Source: Felis catus (Eukaryota). From it: a stretch of DNA of 64,000 bases. Location: assembly GCF_018350175.1 (NCBI RefSeq), contig NC_058368.1, positions 140,556,001 to 140,620,000 on the forward strand, given 5' to 3'. The notes under the pieces were generated by a model that did not search any database, was not told the origin of the DNA, and saw only the letters and a program-made list of their open reading frames with translations. Positions 1 to 13,325 of the stretch are shown one piece after another. Position 1 is the first letter of the stretch. Every line of letters starts with the position of its first letter. The position numbers were made by a program, and so were the translations under genes.

Positions 1-1585
1 AGAATCAGGAGTCTACAAATAACTTCTTACATTGACAGTCAATTGATTTTTAATAAGGATGCCAATTTAATGGGGGGAAAGCATAGTCTTTTTAACAAAT
101 GGTGCTGGGACGACTCTAAATCTACACGCAAAAGAATGAATTCTTTGAGAGGACCCTTACCTCTCAAAATTTACCAAAAAAAAATAACTGAAAATGAATC
201 AAAAGCCTAAATGTGAAAGTTAAAACTATAAAGCTCTGGGGTGCCTGGGTGGCGCAGTCCGTTAAGCGTCCGACTTCAGCCAGGTCACGATCTCGCGCTC
301 CGTGAGTTCGAGCCCCGCGTCGGGCTCTGGGCTGATGGCTCAGAGCCTGGAGCCTGTTTCTGATTCTGTGTCTCCCTCTCTCTCTGCCCCTCCCCCGTTC
401 ATGCTCTGTCTCTCTCTGTCCCCAAAATAAATAAACATTGAAAAAAAAATTAAAAAAAAAAATAAAACTATAAAGCTCTTAGAAGAAGACATAGGTGTTT
501 GTGACTTTCAGTTAGGCAATGGTTTCTTAGCTATGCCATCAAAAGTACAGGCAGCAAAAGAATGGATGAATGAGACTTCGTCAAAATTAAACACCTTTTT
601 GTACTTCAAAAGACAACATCAAGAAAGTAAAAAGACAACACATACCCAAAATGAAGAGAGACACTCAAATCATTTATCTGATAAGGGACTTGTATATCAT
701 ATATAAAGAACCCTTATAATTCCATTATGAAAAGATAACCCAGGTAAAACATGGGCAGTGGATTTGAATAGACATTACTCTAATGAAGATATACAGATGG
801 GTGATAAGTGTATAAGATTTTCAGTATCATTAGCCATCAGGGAAATGAAAAGAACCAGAATGAGGTGCCACTTTGCATCTACTAGGATGGCTCTAATCAA
901 AAAGACAGCTAAGTATTGGCAAGAATGTGGAGAAATTAGAATCTTCTTAAACTACTGGTGGGAATATAAAATGTTGCTGCTGCTCTGGAGAACAATCTGG
1001 AAGTTCCTCAAAAGACTAAACACAAAGTTCCCTTAGGACCCAGAAGTTCCGCTTCTAGGTGTATGACCAAGAGAAGCGAGAGCCTCTGTCCATGCAAAAA
1101 CTTGTACACTAATGTTAGTGTACAGGTTAGTAGCAGTGTTCTTAATAGCCAAAAAGTGGGAAACACTCAGATGTCAATAAACTGATGTAATCTGAGATAG
1201 AGCCATACTGCAGAATATTATTCACCCATAAAGAAGAATGCAGTATTAATACATCCTACACCATAGATGAACCTTGAAAACAGTATGCTCATGAAAGAAG
1301 CGAGTCACTAAAGGCCACATATTGTAGAATTGCATTTATATGAAATGTACACAATAGGCATATCAATAGAAAGTACATTAGCGGGTTGGGAGTAACAGGG
1401 TAAGTGGGGAGTGACTGTTGATGGTTGTCGAGTTTCTTTTTGGAGTGATGACAATGTTCCCAAATTGATAATGGTGATGATCTCACAACCCTGTAAGTTA
1501 AAAATCATTGCACTGCACATCTCAAATGGATGCGTGTGTGGTGTATGGATTATTTCTCAGTAAAACGGCTAATAAAACAAAATCA
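1..1585 (+). mobile_element. Old degenerate L1 (L1M-type) ORF2 3' part and 3'UTR
   Basis: Decayed ORF2 motifs (FNKWCW, DLNRHYS..DI, LLWRTIWKFLKRL), AATAAA at about 1571; interrupted by the SINE at 238. Confidence 0.85.
238..462 (+). mobile_element. Young felid SINEC
   Basis: tRNA-derived head, CT tract, A tail; perfect 17-bp TSD TAAAACTATAAAGCTCT (221-237, 463-479). Confidence 0.95.
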
Positions 1586-1769
1586 TATTATGTAATTATA
1601 CTGTCATATTGAATTCCATTCTGATTTTAGCCTCGTGGACTAAGACCGTTCCAGTACATCCAGCTCCTCACAGAGACACATTTCCTGAACATCAGGCCAG
1701 TTGTCTCTACATTGTGCTTGTTGTAGGAAGTTTGATAACAACAGACCGTAAAAATCACACTTAGGATTT

Positions 1770-2170
1770 TTGTTGGTTTGGCTCAGTAACACTGGCTTCT
1801 TTAACAGATAAACCACTGAGTTGAGTTGACAATAGAAGTTCAGTTCTCACTCCTGTAACACTCAGTAATGTAAGACAACAATGAGGGGGCACAGGCACTT
1901 CTTTACCGCAGTTATTTGGGAGCCAGGCTGAGGGAAGTTCTTTGACTTTGCTTTCATGAGTTGTGGTATCCTGCTCACGGACAGCAGAAGAGACAGTGGA
2001 ACTCATCTATGGGAGACATTCCTGAGGCAAGCCTCAGGGCAATGCACATCATTTCCCCTCATATTCTGTGATCACAACCCAGCCACTTGACCCCAAACAG
2101 ATAGTGTGGGACTGGGAAATGTGGACCCTGGTCAGCAATCACTCCTAGCTGTCTCCTTACTTCTGGAATG
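1770..2170. mobile_element. Possible old MaLR (MLT1-like) LTR relic
   Basis: Resemblance by eye only; highly diverged. Confidence 0.35.
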
Positions 2171-2872
2171 AACCATTGGGTATCGCTGTTCCAAGTTCTT
2201 TCCTTATACTTTTGAAAAGTAGATCAAAAGGACATTCAGCCCACATGACCGTATGCTAGTTTAGAAGTTTGCATACTATAGTTTCTGCTTCGTTGTGAGG
2301 TATTTTAATACAGTCAGAACAAGGTTAACTAGCCAGTCTATCTGATTATTTTGTCAGGGTTTGCCACCTGTCTCAGGAGAATAGTCTTGGTATCAGTCAA
2401 TTTTTATTAATCGTACACCAATAATTGAGAGGAGTTTCCAAGTAGTATATTTTAGAAGACTTTGTGAGATCTTGTCTAGGCTTCCGGGAGTTCTCTAGGA
2501 AGTAACTCCATTTGGAGAGGCACTCAGCTTCCCATACCCAATCCCTGCTTGAAACGGCAACCACAAGAGGCAGCCCGTGCCTTTTGCCATTCATCGTTTC
2601 AAGACAGGTGACCAAGAGGGAATCGTAAGAGGATGAATGAATCCCCAGGAAATTGACTCAACTCTGACCTTACACTAAAGTGGCGGCAGCGTGTATGTCT
2701 CCAAACCATGGGAATCTTAGTGCTGCTCTGGAAGTAGCCTGGGTGAGTCACGAGAAGTTGAAAGAATTAGAGGAGCAGAGGTCCTGGAAGCTTTTTGAGG
2801 TCTTTCACTTACCAGTTGTGTGGCATTGGGCTTTTCCGAGCCTCCGATTATCATCTAAAAATGGTGATCCTT

Positions 2873-3120
2873 GGGGTGCCTGGGTGGCTCAGTTGGTTAA
2901 GCCTCCAACTTCGGCTCAGGTCATGATCTCACAGTTCATTCATTCGAGCCCCATATGGGCTCTCTGCTGACACTTTGGAACCTGGATCCTGCTTCAGATT
3001 GTGTGTGTGTCTCTCTCTGTCTGCCCCTCCCTCCCTCCCTCCCTCCCTCCCTCCCTCCTTCCCTCTCTCTCTCAAAAATAGATAAACATTAAAAATGAAT
3101 GAATGAATGAATGAATGAAT
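2873..3120 (+). mobile_element. SINEC with (GAAT)n tail
   Basis: TSD AAAAATGGTGATCCT (2857-2871, 3121-3135). Confidence 0.93.
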
Positions 3121-3619
3121 AAAAATGGTGATCCTAATAGCACCTCTTTATGAAGTGATCTTGAGGATTAAGTGATAATTCCCATGAAGTATTAAATACA
3201 GGTTCTAGCACAAAACAGTGTGTTAAATATGAGTTATCATTGATAATGGCATCATTTAACTTTCAAGGCAGCAAAAAGGAGATACCTCCATTGATGCCTA
3301 ATGCTTCAAAAATCTTTGGCAGTGTCCTAGGAGATTTTATGATGCAGCTGTGATGCTTGGAAAAGTTTTTCTGACGCACTCAGAATCTGTCATCAAATCA
3401 CAATTTGTCGGCTACCTACTATGTGTAAACACATTGCCAGGCACAAAGAGATTGTCTATAAACAAGCAGAAGAGATGGCTTTTGCTTTGAGTAGTTCATA
3501 ATGTGATAAGCATTAGCAGTGGCTGCATTTTAAATAGGCTGTAGCTAACCCAACTTTTTGGTATCCTTAGTATTTGAAGCCAACTGCACATATATTCGAG
3601 TGTAGACGGAAATAAGTGC

Positions 3620-3830
3620 GGGGGCGCCTGGGTGCCTCAGACACTTTAGCATCCAACTCTTGGTTTAGGCTCAGGTCAAGATCACATAGATCATGGGATT
3701 AAGCCCCACATTGGGCTCTGCACTGACCACGTGGAGCCTGCTTGGGATTCTCTCTCTCCCTCTCTCCCTCCCTCCCTCTGCCCCTCCCCTGCTTATGCTC
3801 TTTCTCTCTCTCACGATAAATTTTTTTTAA
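3620..3830 (+). mobile_element. SINEC
   Basis: GGGGCGCCTGGGTG head, CT tract. Confidence 0.9.
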
Positions 3831-4135
3831 GTGTGATTATCTTTTTTTTTTTTAACAAGCACAAGTCTAAAACACCGTATTTCACTTTTTATTTTAGCTT
3901 CCTGCCCTTTGCTCCCTATTGTCAATTTAACCCCTTCCACAACCAGTTGTAAGTTTACCTCTCCCCCACTCCTGACACATATACTCCAATCCCAGAATGG
4001 TGATAAAGCAATTATATATTGTGTGAAATGCAATTTCTTAAATTTTCAAGCTAATTATTCAAAAACAGATTGTGTTTTTATATGAATTAGCATAATACCT
4101 TGATTTGTAATTTATGTCGCTTAGAAAATTGGCCT

Positions 4136-4263
4136 CAGAGGGGCACTTGTTGTGATGAGCCCTGGGTGTTGTATGTAAGTGATGAATCACTGAACTCTAC
4201 TTTGGAAACCAATGCTGCACTGTATGTTAACTAACTAAAATATAAATTTAAAAAAAAGAAAGA
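4136..4263 (+). mobile_element. 5'-truncated carnivore L1 3' end
   Basis: GATGAGCCCTGGGTGTTGTATGTAAGTGATGAATCAC motif, A tail, TSD TTAGAAAATTGGCCT. Confidence 0.85.
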
Positions 4264-5231
4264 TTAGAAAATTGGCCTACTGTGGTTTTTAATTTGGCCA
4301 GATTTTTATTTAAAAAGCAACATTATCATCTATTGCTTAATTTTTTAAAAATTTCTCAACCTTGTGGTACTCTTACCTCCGTGATTTGAAGCAAGGCTCA
4401 CATATACCCCATATCCCTTATATCCCTCATATGTGATATGTGAAAGTCAAGGTCTTCATGTTGTTTTACCAGTTGCTTATTCTCTCAGTTTCACAGTCTC
4501 CCTAGGATCTTAGGTTGTGCGAAGAACCTCATCATCCCATCCTTCTAATTCCCTATCCCTTTAGCAGAGGAGAAAGCAGGCCCCTAGAGCTTAGGGGACA
4601 TACTTGGGGTCACCCAGTGGACATGGGCTGTGTCCCCCATGCAGAGAGCTCTCTTCACACCAGGCCCTGCCTGGTAATATTTTCCTTTCCTTTGACCTCC
4701 TTCTCTAAACTGCCACCAAGTCCTGTTACTGCTTTCTCAAAATGTCTGCTGGCTTTCCACCTTCCCATCTCTTCCCATCTAATCCAGTCCCTCAGTTCTT
4801 CCCAATGGGAAAGGCCTGACAGAGTGCTTTGTCTCCGGGCATCCATCATACAAGATGAATTTTCTCTAATTACCACTGTCAGCGTGTCACTCCTCAGCTG
4901 CGAAGCTGCCAGGAGCTCCCTGCTTCCTTTGGCCACAGATAACAACACTTCTCCTGTGCTAGATGCTCCAGAGCCTGGCTTGGTATATTCAGCCTCATTT
5001 CCTTTCTCTCCATGAGCCCCAGAAGCCCAAAGTCTTGTGTGGGTTTTCTCCATGACTCAGCCATGTTTCCTTTGTGCGTTTATCCTGTCTTGCTCCCCGG
5101 TTTCTAGCACTTCTCTGCCTTTCCAAATACTCTATTTTTCTAGGCCAAATCCAAGTCCCATCACCTTTTTAGCGCTCTCCCTCATTAGTCCAGTGATGAA
5201 CTAATCACCCTCCTTTATTCCCAGCCTTAAT

Positions 5232-5465
5232 TTTTTTTAAGTTTGTTTATTTTTAGAGAGAGAGAGAGAGGGACTGTGCACACGTGTGCAAACATAAGCA
5301 TGTGCACCAGTGGGGGAGGGGCAGAGGGAGAGAGAGAATCTCGAGCAGACTCCGTGCTGTCAGCACAGAGCTGGGGGAGGGGCTTGATCCCATGAACCAT
5401 GAGATCATGACCTGAGCTGAAACCACGAGTCAGAGGCCTAACTGACTGAGCCACCCAGGCACCCC
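5232..5465 (-). mobile_element. SINEC
   Basis: Reverse head CTGAGCCACCCAGGCACCCC; TSD TCCCAGCCTTAAT. Confidence 0.92.
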
Positions 5466-5595
5466 TCCCAGCCTTAATCTTAAGCACTAGCATGTAGCAT
5501 CGGGCATAATAAACTTTCTTATATGGTTCTGTGGTTTTTCCTTGGAGTTGCATTGCCTTTTCAATTATACTCAATGCCCTTTAAAGGCATGTTTA

Positions 5596-5807
5596 GGGGC
5601 GCCTGGGTGGCGCAGTCGGTTAAGCGTCCGACTTCAGCCAGGTCACGATCTCGCGGTCCGTGAGTTCGAGCCCCGCGTCGGGCTCTGGGCTGATGGCCTG
5701 GAGCCTGGAGCCTGTTTCCGATTCTGTGACTCCCTCTCTCTCTGCCCCTCCCCCATTCATGCTCTGTCTCTCTCTGTCCCAAAAATAAATAAACGTTGAA
5801 AAAAAAA
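5596..5807 (+). mobile_element. Young felid SINEC
   Basis: CpG-rich near-consensus copy; TSD TTAAAGGCATGTTTA (5581-5595, 5808-5822). Confidence 0.95.
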
Positions 5808-7018
5808 TTAAAGGCATGTTTATGTTTATATTTGTTTATATTTTTATGTTGGTATTTTTCTCATATTCTATGTTTTACAGTGCTTAATAAGCGGTCAGTA
5901 AATATCCATTGCTTATTAGGGGTTCTCGGAGCTTTTAAAAGATGTTGCCAACAAGCAGTTGAGATATTTTACAACATTCACTGCTTGGATCAGGATCATT
6001 TGTTAATATTGCAGAACAGTGTTCTCTTGTGCCAAATGTTGATAAGATCATCTGCGGATGTGTTAATGGTCTTTAGGCAGGGACTGGCCGTAGAGGTACG
6101 GTACTCATACTAATAGTTTGTTTGTGGATCGATGGCAAAGGTGGGGGCTCCTTTGCTGAACACCTGCACGTCTACCTCTTGGATCTTACGGTAGGTTAAT
6201 AGTTACTTGAGAACAGATAGGAATAGGATTATCTTTATGAGTCTGGCAAATTCTCAACACACCAGCCTGAAATGTGAGCTGGCCCAGCCTCCCCTCCCAC
6301 TGTGTGTCCTTGAGCCTGTAATGACCTCGGTGCTCTCTTTTCTACAGTAGTGGCACAATGTCCTAAGATTTAATCTGATCTTTTTCTGAGATATTGTTTT
6401 CATAATTCAGTAAATACTGCGTTTTGCTGCAAAAGTAAGAAAGTTGTAATAATTTCCTGGTATTGGGAAAAGGAACGTATATTATTTGAAGAAAACTTTT
6501 TGAATTTTTGATGCCCCTTTCCACACCTTCTTACCTTCTCTGGTAGTCATTTCTGGACAGAGACAAGCTGCAGATTTTACCAGACCTTGGGCTATGCTTT
6601 CCCCAAGGCATCAGCCCTACAAAAATCTCCTCCACTTTGGGTTCATAAACTTGGAATTACGTTTTCTTTCATGTCAGCAGACAAATTCCACCCGCACAAA
6701 ATGGTTTGGCCATTTTACTCTTTGCCACAGAAGAAAATTGGCAGAGACTCAGACAAAGGTGAAGCTGACAAGCCCTGGCATGGAACTGAGTTCGGTGGCT
6801 TTGAGTCCCCCTTGTTCATACTGTATTCTGAATCCTGGCCCACCCAGAAAGTTCTCTCTTCCCATCCCAGACAGCTAAAGATGTTTCAGATCGTGCTCCC
6901 TTTTTTAATGTCTCCAGCAGACGTACCGAGATGCTGTGTCTCTTCATCTACACAGACTTACCCAACTGGAGTCACTTGAAGGTTTTGTTTTTTGTTTTGT
7001 TTTTTTTCATCCTTCTAG

Positions 7019-7175
7019 GTGGATGGAAGTCTGCTTAGTTGAAGAATTGCCACCAACCACTGAACTGGAAGAAGGGCTCCGGAATGGAGTTTACCTTGCA
7101 AAGTTAGCCAAGTTCTTTGCCCCAAAAATGGTATCAGAGAAAAAGATCTATGATGTGGAACAAACACGTTATAAG
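7019..7175 (+). CDS. IQGAP2: IQGAP2 coding exon (approx. exon 3), start of calponin-homology domain
   Basis: ttctag|G TGG ATG...TAT AAG|gtaact; 157 bp; encodes WMEVCLVEELPPTTELEEGLRNGVYLAKLAKFFAPKMVSEKKIYDVEQTRYK, recognised as IQGAP2. Confidence 0.97.
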
Positions 7176-8150
7176 GTAACTGAGATCTAATTGGTTTTGG
7201 CTCCCATCTAAAAGTGAAAGTTCAGTATTTAATTTCCTTTCCCTGTGTTTACTCTGAGTGTTTGTACAAGGATTTTGTGGAATGGGGGGAGGGGATGTCC
7301 TTGGTGTTTGAAGCCTGTTAATAATGATTCCTGAGGCGGCAGCAGTTTTCAAAGCAGAGCGTTTCTATTTTTGGGCTGAGACTGAGACACGTCTGATGTG
7401 TGGGGCTTCCCAGACTCCCCGCCCCATTCTTCCTTCATGGAGGTCATTTTTATTAGCACCAGTAAATGTAAAAGTGAGGGCACTCTACCCTCTTTTTTCT
7501 GCCACCAACTCGGTTTATTAGCTCCCTTGTTCTCATCAAGGAGTAAAGTACCCAGCTGGGACTTGAACTTGTGGCCCCAAAGGGTTAGCGCCAATGTGAT
7601 CCAATGAATAATAATTTTGAGTAGTCAAGGAGGAATTCTGTTCCATTTAATGCTTAAAACAAAATAAGACTAATTTTTTTGTAGGCAACCAATTTTAATT
7701 ATTTCATAGCTAATTTGGGAGTGTACACGGGGGAGAAGACAAAACCAAAATAAACAATAGTCTTAATTTTAAAAATGATATTTTAGAGACACATGTCTAA
7801 ATATTTACAGACAGTGTGATATATTTAGGATTTGCTCCACAGTAATCAGGAGGAGGATGGAAAGAGATTCAAGACTGGCCATAAGTTCATTATTGTTGAG
7901 GTTGAATGATGGGTACATAGGAGTTCATTAACTCTGTTTCATCAACATTATGTTTGACATTTTCCATTAAGAAATGAAGGAGAAAAAGGCAAACACCAAC
8001 GTGAATGATTCCTCCATTAAATGTGTCTTCAAAAAGGAGTTTTTAAGTGTGTGGTATTCTCTCCTGGAGTAAGTGATTTCTTGTGCACTTTGGGCCAGGA
8101 TTTCCAAAGCTGCTTTGAAATGCGATTCTTTATTTTCTTAATCTGTTGTA

Positions 8151-8938
8151 CAATTGACCCCTGACCAAAGAGGGTGTTAGGGACGCCCCTCCCAATGCAG
8201 TCAGAAATCCGAATATAACTTATGTGTGTATGTGTCATTTATTTTATGGTCATTTATTTTCAGAAAGTAACCTTAACCGACACTCTTAATTTACATCCTT
8301 CCAACTACAATCCTGCCTCTGTGGGAAAAAAGGGAATATGGGAACTGAAGAGGGACTGGGGAGATCTTCTTTAATCTTACAGGGGAAGGTGTCCATCTGC
8401 TTGGGTTGTCTGCTTATTCACTCGGTTGCGTTTGATTATCAGTTCCGATTCCGGGATTTGTTGGAAGAGGTGGAGCATTATAATCAGATGTGCCTTAAAA
8501 TGCTTTTTCCTGAGAGTGAGCTGTTCAACTTTACAGAACCTCACCTTTTGACTCTGTTAATCAAAGACCATAATACTCTATATTGACATTACTTACAGAA
8601 AATTTAAATGAGTTTCTGCAAAGTGTCTAAGAAGGGATTTAGAAAACAGTACTCATTGAATTTTTCTATTTACCTTTATCTCTCCGAAAACTTAACTAAT
8701 AGCCTCCTGTTGACTAGAAACCTTTACCAATAAGATAAGTTGATGAACACGTATTTTGTATGTCATGTGTATTATATACTGTATTCTTATAACAAAATAA
8801 GGTAGAGAAAAGAAAATGTTCTCAAGAAAATCATAAGGAAGAGAAAATATATTTATAGTACTGTACATTTATTGATAAAAAATCTGCATATAAGTGGGAC
8901 CCACGCAGTTCGAACCTGTGTTGTTCAAGGGTCAACCC
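8151..8938. mobile_element. Tigger2-family DNA transposon interrupted by a foreign segment of about 460 bp (8222-8680)
   Basis: TA|CAATTGACCCCTGACC ... TTGTTCAAGGGTCAACCC|TA terminal inverted repeats; reverse-complement similarity to the 57405/63579 copy. Confidence 0.85.
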
Positions 8939-9126
8939 TATTTAGATCTTGTATTGTTTTTTTTTTTTTTTAGCTGCAGATTGTCTAGTATCTTTAAAAG
9001 TTCCTTGTCTTAAAATTGCAGGGACAACACTTAGTTGAAAATGGAATGCTTTCCCATTAATTGAATGATTCACACTACCCTTCAGTTGTTATTGAAACAA
9101 GATTTATTTTTTAAAAGTGTATATTT

Positions 9127-9400
9127 AGGGAAAAAATAGTTGCAAATAGAGAGGAGGCAAACTATAAAAGACTCTTAAATACAGAGAACAAACTGAGGAC
9201 TGATGGGTGTGGGGGCCTTGAGGTGCAGGGAAAATGGGTGATGGGCATTGAGGAGGGCCCTTGGGATGAGCACTGGGTGTTGTTTGTAAGCGATGAATCA
9301 TGGGAATCCACTCCTGAAGCCAAGAATACCCTGTATACCCTGTATGTTAGCTAACCTGGCAATAAATTATAATAGACAGATACATAGATACATAGATAGA
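9127..9400 (+). mobile_element. Truncated carnivore L1 3'UTR with (GATA)-like tail
   Basis: Similar to the L1 3' ends at 4136, 30640 and 33650-33877. Confidence 0.85.
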
Positions 9401-10497
9401 TAAAATATGTGTATTTAATTCAGAGCAAATGTTTGAGTTACTATTTGGGCTAACCATAGAGAAGAGGAATTGAGAAATCTTCTGCGTTTGTTTTCATATT
9501 CTAGTCTAAAAGATAACTGAGCAGAATTTTCTGCCTTGGATAATGTTAGGAAAAAAAATGTTTGTGTTTGTTAAAGTACTTTTGACTTTATCAAGTCATG
9601 TGTTTTACCCCAGCCTTTAACTTATTATGCTAGCCTTTCACAAGACTTTACTGAATCATTGATTTAGTCAGGCAAAGTTACTGTTTTTTAATTTTGAAAA
9701 ATACTTATTTTAGTTCCAAAAAGAACAGAAAAAAAAATATTTGTATCCCCACACAACAAAATAAATTAACGTTTGTCCACATTTTGCAGCACGATTTGTC
9801 TTTTTCTTCATTGCTTCTAGAAGGATTATTACCAAGCCCTAGGCCTATTTCTACTAACAGTTGTGTCGATTTGATGCCAGAGTTAAAGGGTAGTAGGTTG
9901 GGCTTGGCTCTAGCCTGTCCTGAAAGGGAATTGTGGGTATTTTGTTTTGACATTGGGAGTGGTGAGAATCAGGCCAGCAAGATCTTACGTGGAGCCTCAG
10001 AACAGAGGCTGGGCTAATTCGTTTCTCCTCTTGGCACACCGTACACCTTTGAATACAACTTTGTCCACAGCCTAACTGTGGACCCTCTCAAGGCAACTCA
10101 TACAGGTGCTATTTCCTCCTGGCATCAGAGAGCCTACTATTTGAATGAATAGCACTTCTCTTTGGGACAGGGGAAGTACTTCCAGTCTCTTGTTACAAAA
10201 TGAAATACCTGTGGAGCACAGGCAGGTGATGACATTCCTGAACAAAACCTTAAGAAAGATGGAAGTATTGTGTTTGCAACTCCTGCCCACCGGGCCCTGG
10301 AAAACAGATACACAGAAGAAGGGATGATACTAGGAGAGGGGCAGAGAGAAGGGAAATAGCACCGGGGGGGGGGGGGGGGGCGGAGAGCAGGTTGGTGCCA
10401 GCTGTGATGTGGGGAAAAAAGTACAGGACCAGTGGAGACTACTCTTCTGTTGATTCGCCGGAGAAAGGAGGCTTTTTTTTTCCTTTTTCTTTTTTAG

Positions 10498-10702
10498 TTT
10501 TTTTTTTTTTTTAATGTTTGTTTATTTTTGAGAGAGAGAGCACAAGCCGGGCAGGGGGCAGGAAGAGAGGGAGACACAGGGTCCGAAGCAGGCTCTGCAC
10601 TATCAGCACAGAGTCTGATGCAGAGCTCGAATCTATGAACCGTGAGAACATAACCTGAGCCGAAGTCAGACGCTTAACCAACTGAGTCACCCAGGTGCTC
10701 CC
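10498..10702 (-). mobile_element. SINEC
   Basis: Poly-T, (GA)n, reverse tRNA-like head. Confidence 0.9.
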
Positions 10703-11589
10703 CCACCTTTTCCCCCCTTTTATTAAATCTCTGAGAATGCCTAATGTCTTTGGAAAGAAACTTCGAGTGATTTACCACATAATCATAAAACGTGAAGGCC
10801 ATTTCCTTCATTTTACAAAATTGAAAGGAGTCAGATATTCGTGAACAGGAGACTTAACTTCCTGTCAAGAACAGGTTCTGTAGGACTAAAGCCCTTGGCA
10901 AGGAGCACCCAGTCATGGGACTGAGACACAAGGGAACTCAGGTTAACACAGGCCCACCCCTTTGATAAGCCTTCTGGAAACCATGAGTTCAGTGAGTGTG
11001 GGCTCTCACTGCAGCGTCTGCTTAGACTGCAGCCATAAAATACGACCTGCCCATTAGGCGCTGTGTGTCGAGGCACAGGCTCTGTCCCTGAACTCTGAAG
11101 GCCTCAGTTTGGGCAATGATGGCTCTGAGTTGAGCCAATCAGAACTCTCATTGCCATCCCGTCCTCTTTGTTCGCCAGCTTATGTACAATCCTGGCCCCT
11201 CATTAAGGTTACAAAGGTGACCTAGGTAGTAGAGTTAAACCTTCTAATGATGAGTGCCCTTTCCCTGGCCACCCCAACCTCTGACTCCAGGTCGCAGTAA
11301 TGTGACCATGCCGTGTGTGCTATGGCCCCTGACACTGTCTCTCGTCAATGCAGCATGGTGTACCTTAATGATGACGTTTATCGTGAAGGCAGGGACCATG
11401 TATGTTGTCCGTGCAGTGTCCTCAGTGAACAGAGTAGACTGTAGCCCATAGTAGGATAGTAGGTGCAAGGGAAAGAGCTGTTTAGTAAAAAGAAAAGAAA
11501 AGAGAAAGTAGTTTCAAATAAGCCTAAGGACTCCATTCCTTCTGTGCTTTGATACTGGAGGTGCTTGGAGTCTGATACTCTTCCATCAG

Positions 11590-11772
11590 GTATGATGCTC
11601 AGACTTCCTGTAGGGTCACTTGATGCCTTTGTGTAAAAATGTGGGCTCCTGGGCCCACCAGAGACTACTGAGGCAGGCAGAGTCTCTTGGCCAGAGACCC
11701 AGGAAGCTACACGCTTAATAATTATCCCAGGTGATGCTTATGTACTACCTAGCTTTGAGAACCACTGCTCCA
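11590..11772. mobile_element. MER5-like hAT DNA transposon relic
   Basis: CCCAGGTGATGCTTATG...TTTGAGAACCACTG terminus typical of MER5A. Confidence 0.6.
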
Positions 11773-11859
11773 ATGGCAGACAAACAATATAACACATTTT
11801 AATGAAGTTACAGAGAAAGAAGATAAAGTACTATGATAGAAACACATACGGGGTAGAAC

Positions 11860-12524
11860 TTATTTATCTGTACGGTGCTTACAATACCTGCTTGTACCAG
11901 GAACTGTTCTGGGCACACGAGGCAGCGTGGTGAGCAAGGCAGACATGATTTCATGGCACTTAGGCTTGAGGAGACAAGTTATAAGCGAGTACACAATTGT
12001 GAGTTGTGATGAGTATATGAAGGAAGGAATTAAAGCCACTGTTGTTGACAGGTAGCCACAGACAGAAGATGAGTTTCTCTGAAGAGATGTTTATTTACTC
12101 TAAGGCAGGAAAAATGAGAGGAAAATCATCCATGTGCAGCTTTAAGGGTGGGGAGTGGGGGGTACAGTCCAGAGATGAAGGAGCCTGTTTTTGAGAGACT
12201 CGAGGAAGAAAAGAACTTAGACAAATGGAGTGGCTGAAAGGCTGCGGTGAGGGACAGTGGTGAAAAATGACTCCAGGATGGAGGCAGAGACACATCACGC
12301 AGCCAGGCTGGAAGATCTGTGATTTCATCCTAAGTTACTACAGAGGAAGCCATTGAAATGTTAAACAGAGACATCATGGCTTTAAAAAGATGAGTCTGGC
12401 AGCGCCTGGGTGGCTCAGTTGACTAAACGTCCGACTTTGGCTCAGGTTATGATCTCACAGTTCGTGGGTTCGAGTCCCATGTCCGGCTCTGTGCTGACAG
12501 CTTGGAGCTGGAGCCTGCTTTAGG

Positions 12525-12570
<46 letters not shown>

Positions 12571-13120
12571 CCTCCCTTGCTCGCTTGCTTGCTTGCTCCC
12601 TCTCTCTGTCTCTCTCTCTCTCTCAAAAATAAACACTAAAAAAAAGATGAGTCTGCTGCCATGTGGAGAAGAAATGGGAGGATGCGGGTGAGGCAGTCCG
12701 ATGAGGGGATAATTCAGCCCAAGTGACTGGTAACAGTGGCCTGCACAGACGAGAATTAAATGGATGCAAGAGGGAAAACAACCTGCAAACGTGGTAGAAA
12801 TGGGTAGAGGGCAGTAAAGAGAGGATGTCTGGGTGGCCGGCCAGTGGGATGTGACCAAGGAGAGAGCGCCAGTTCTAAAGGGGTAGGGCAGCGAAGAGGC
12901 CAAGGCTTCCATGTTGGGCGCTTTAAAGATCATTGGGTGTTCCCAAGGTGGCTAGGATGGACGAGAGAAAGAGGAGGGGAGAAATATGGGCATTCCTTGA
13001 GCTTGATGAGGTTCAAGGACAGAAAACAATATCTGTTCAAATACAGCACTGATAGCTGTAGACTTATAATAGATGTTGACTACTGAAGTGAGCCTTAGGT
13101 AGGAAATGCATATACAGTAG
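11860..13120 (-). mobile_element. Degenerate L2 fragments (interrupted by SINE)
   Basis: L2-like 3' motifs and purine-rich body, by eye. Confidence 0.45.
12398..12640 (+). mobile_element. SINEC with long (CT)n
   Basis: TSD AAAAAGATGAGTCTG. Confidence 0.92.
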
Positions 13121-13139
13121 TTAGTAGTAGTAAGCCGTA

Positions 13140-13325
13140 GAATCAGAGTACTTCAGAGACTGGCTTCGTCACTAACTCTGCCTCTGTGAGCCTTGGTTTC
13201 CTCAGCTTTAAAGTGGTATTATTAATAATAGTCTGAACCTTTGTACAGATATTGTAAGGAAAATAATGTGGTCATCCATGCAAAGTACTTGTTACAGTGC
13301 CTGACAGAGAGTTCCTTCTCCATAA
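13140..13325 (+). mobile_element. MIR
   Basis: CTCTGTGAGCCTTGGTTTCCTCAGCTTTAAA core, ACAGTGCCTGACA end. Confidence 0.7.

Noticed and set aside
4515..5053. Overlapping 166-aa and 132-aa ORFs
   Set aside because: No recognisable domain, low-complexity pyrimidine-rich intron DNA, no convincing splice context
5542..5817. Recurrent short ORFs such as GAPGWRSRLSV..., MAQSVK...AQVMIS
   Set aside because: Translations of SINEC sequence repeated throughout the window; not genes
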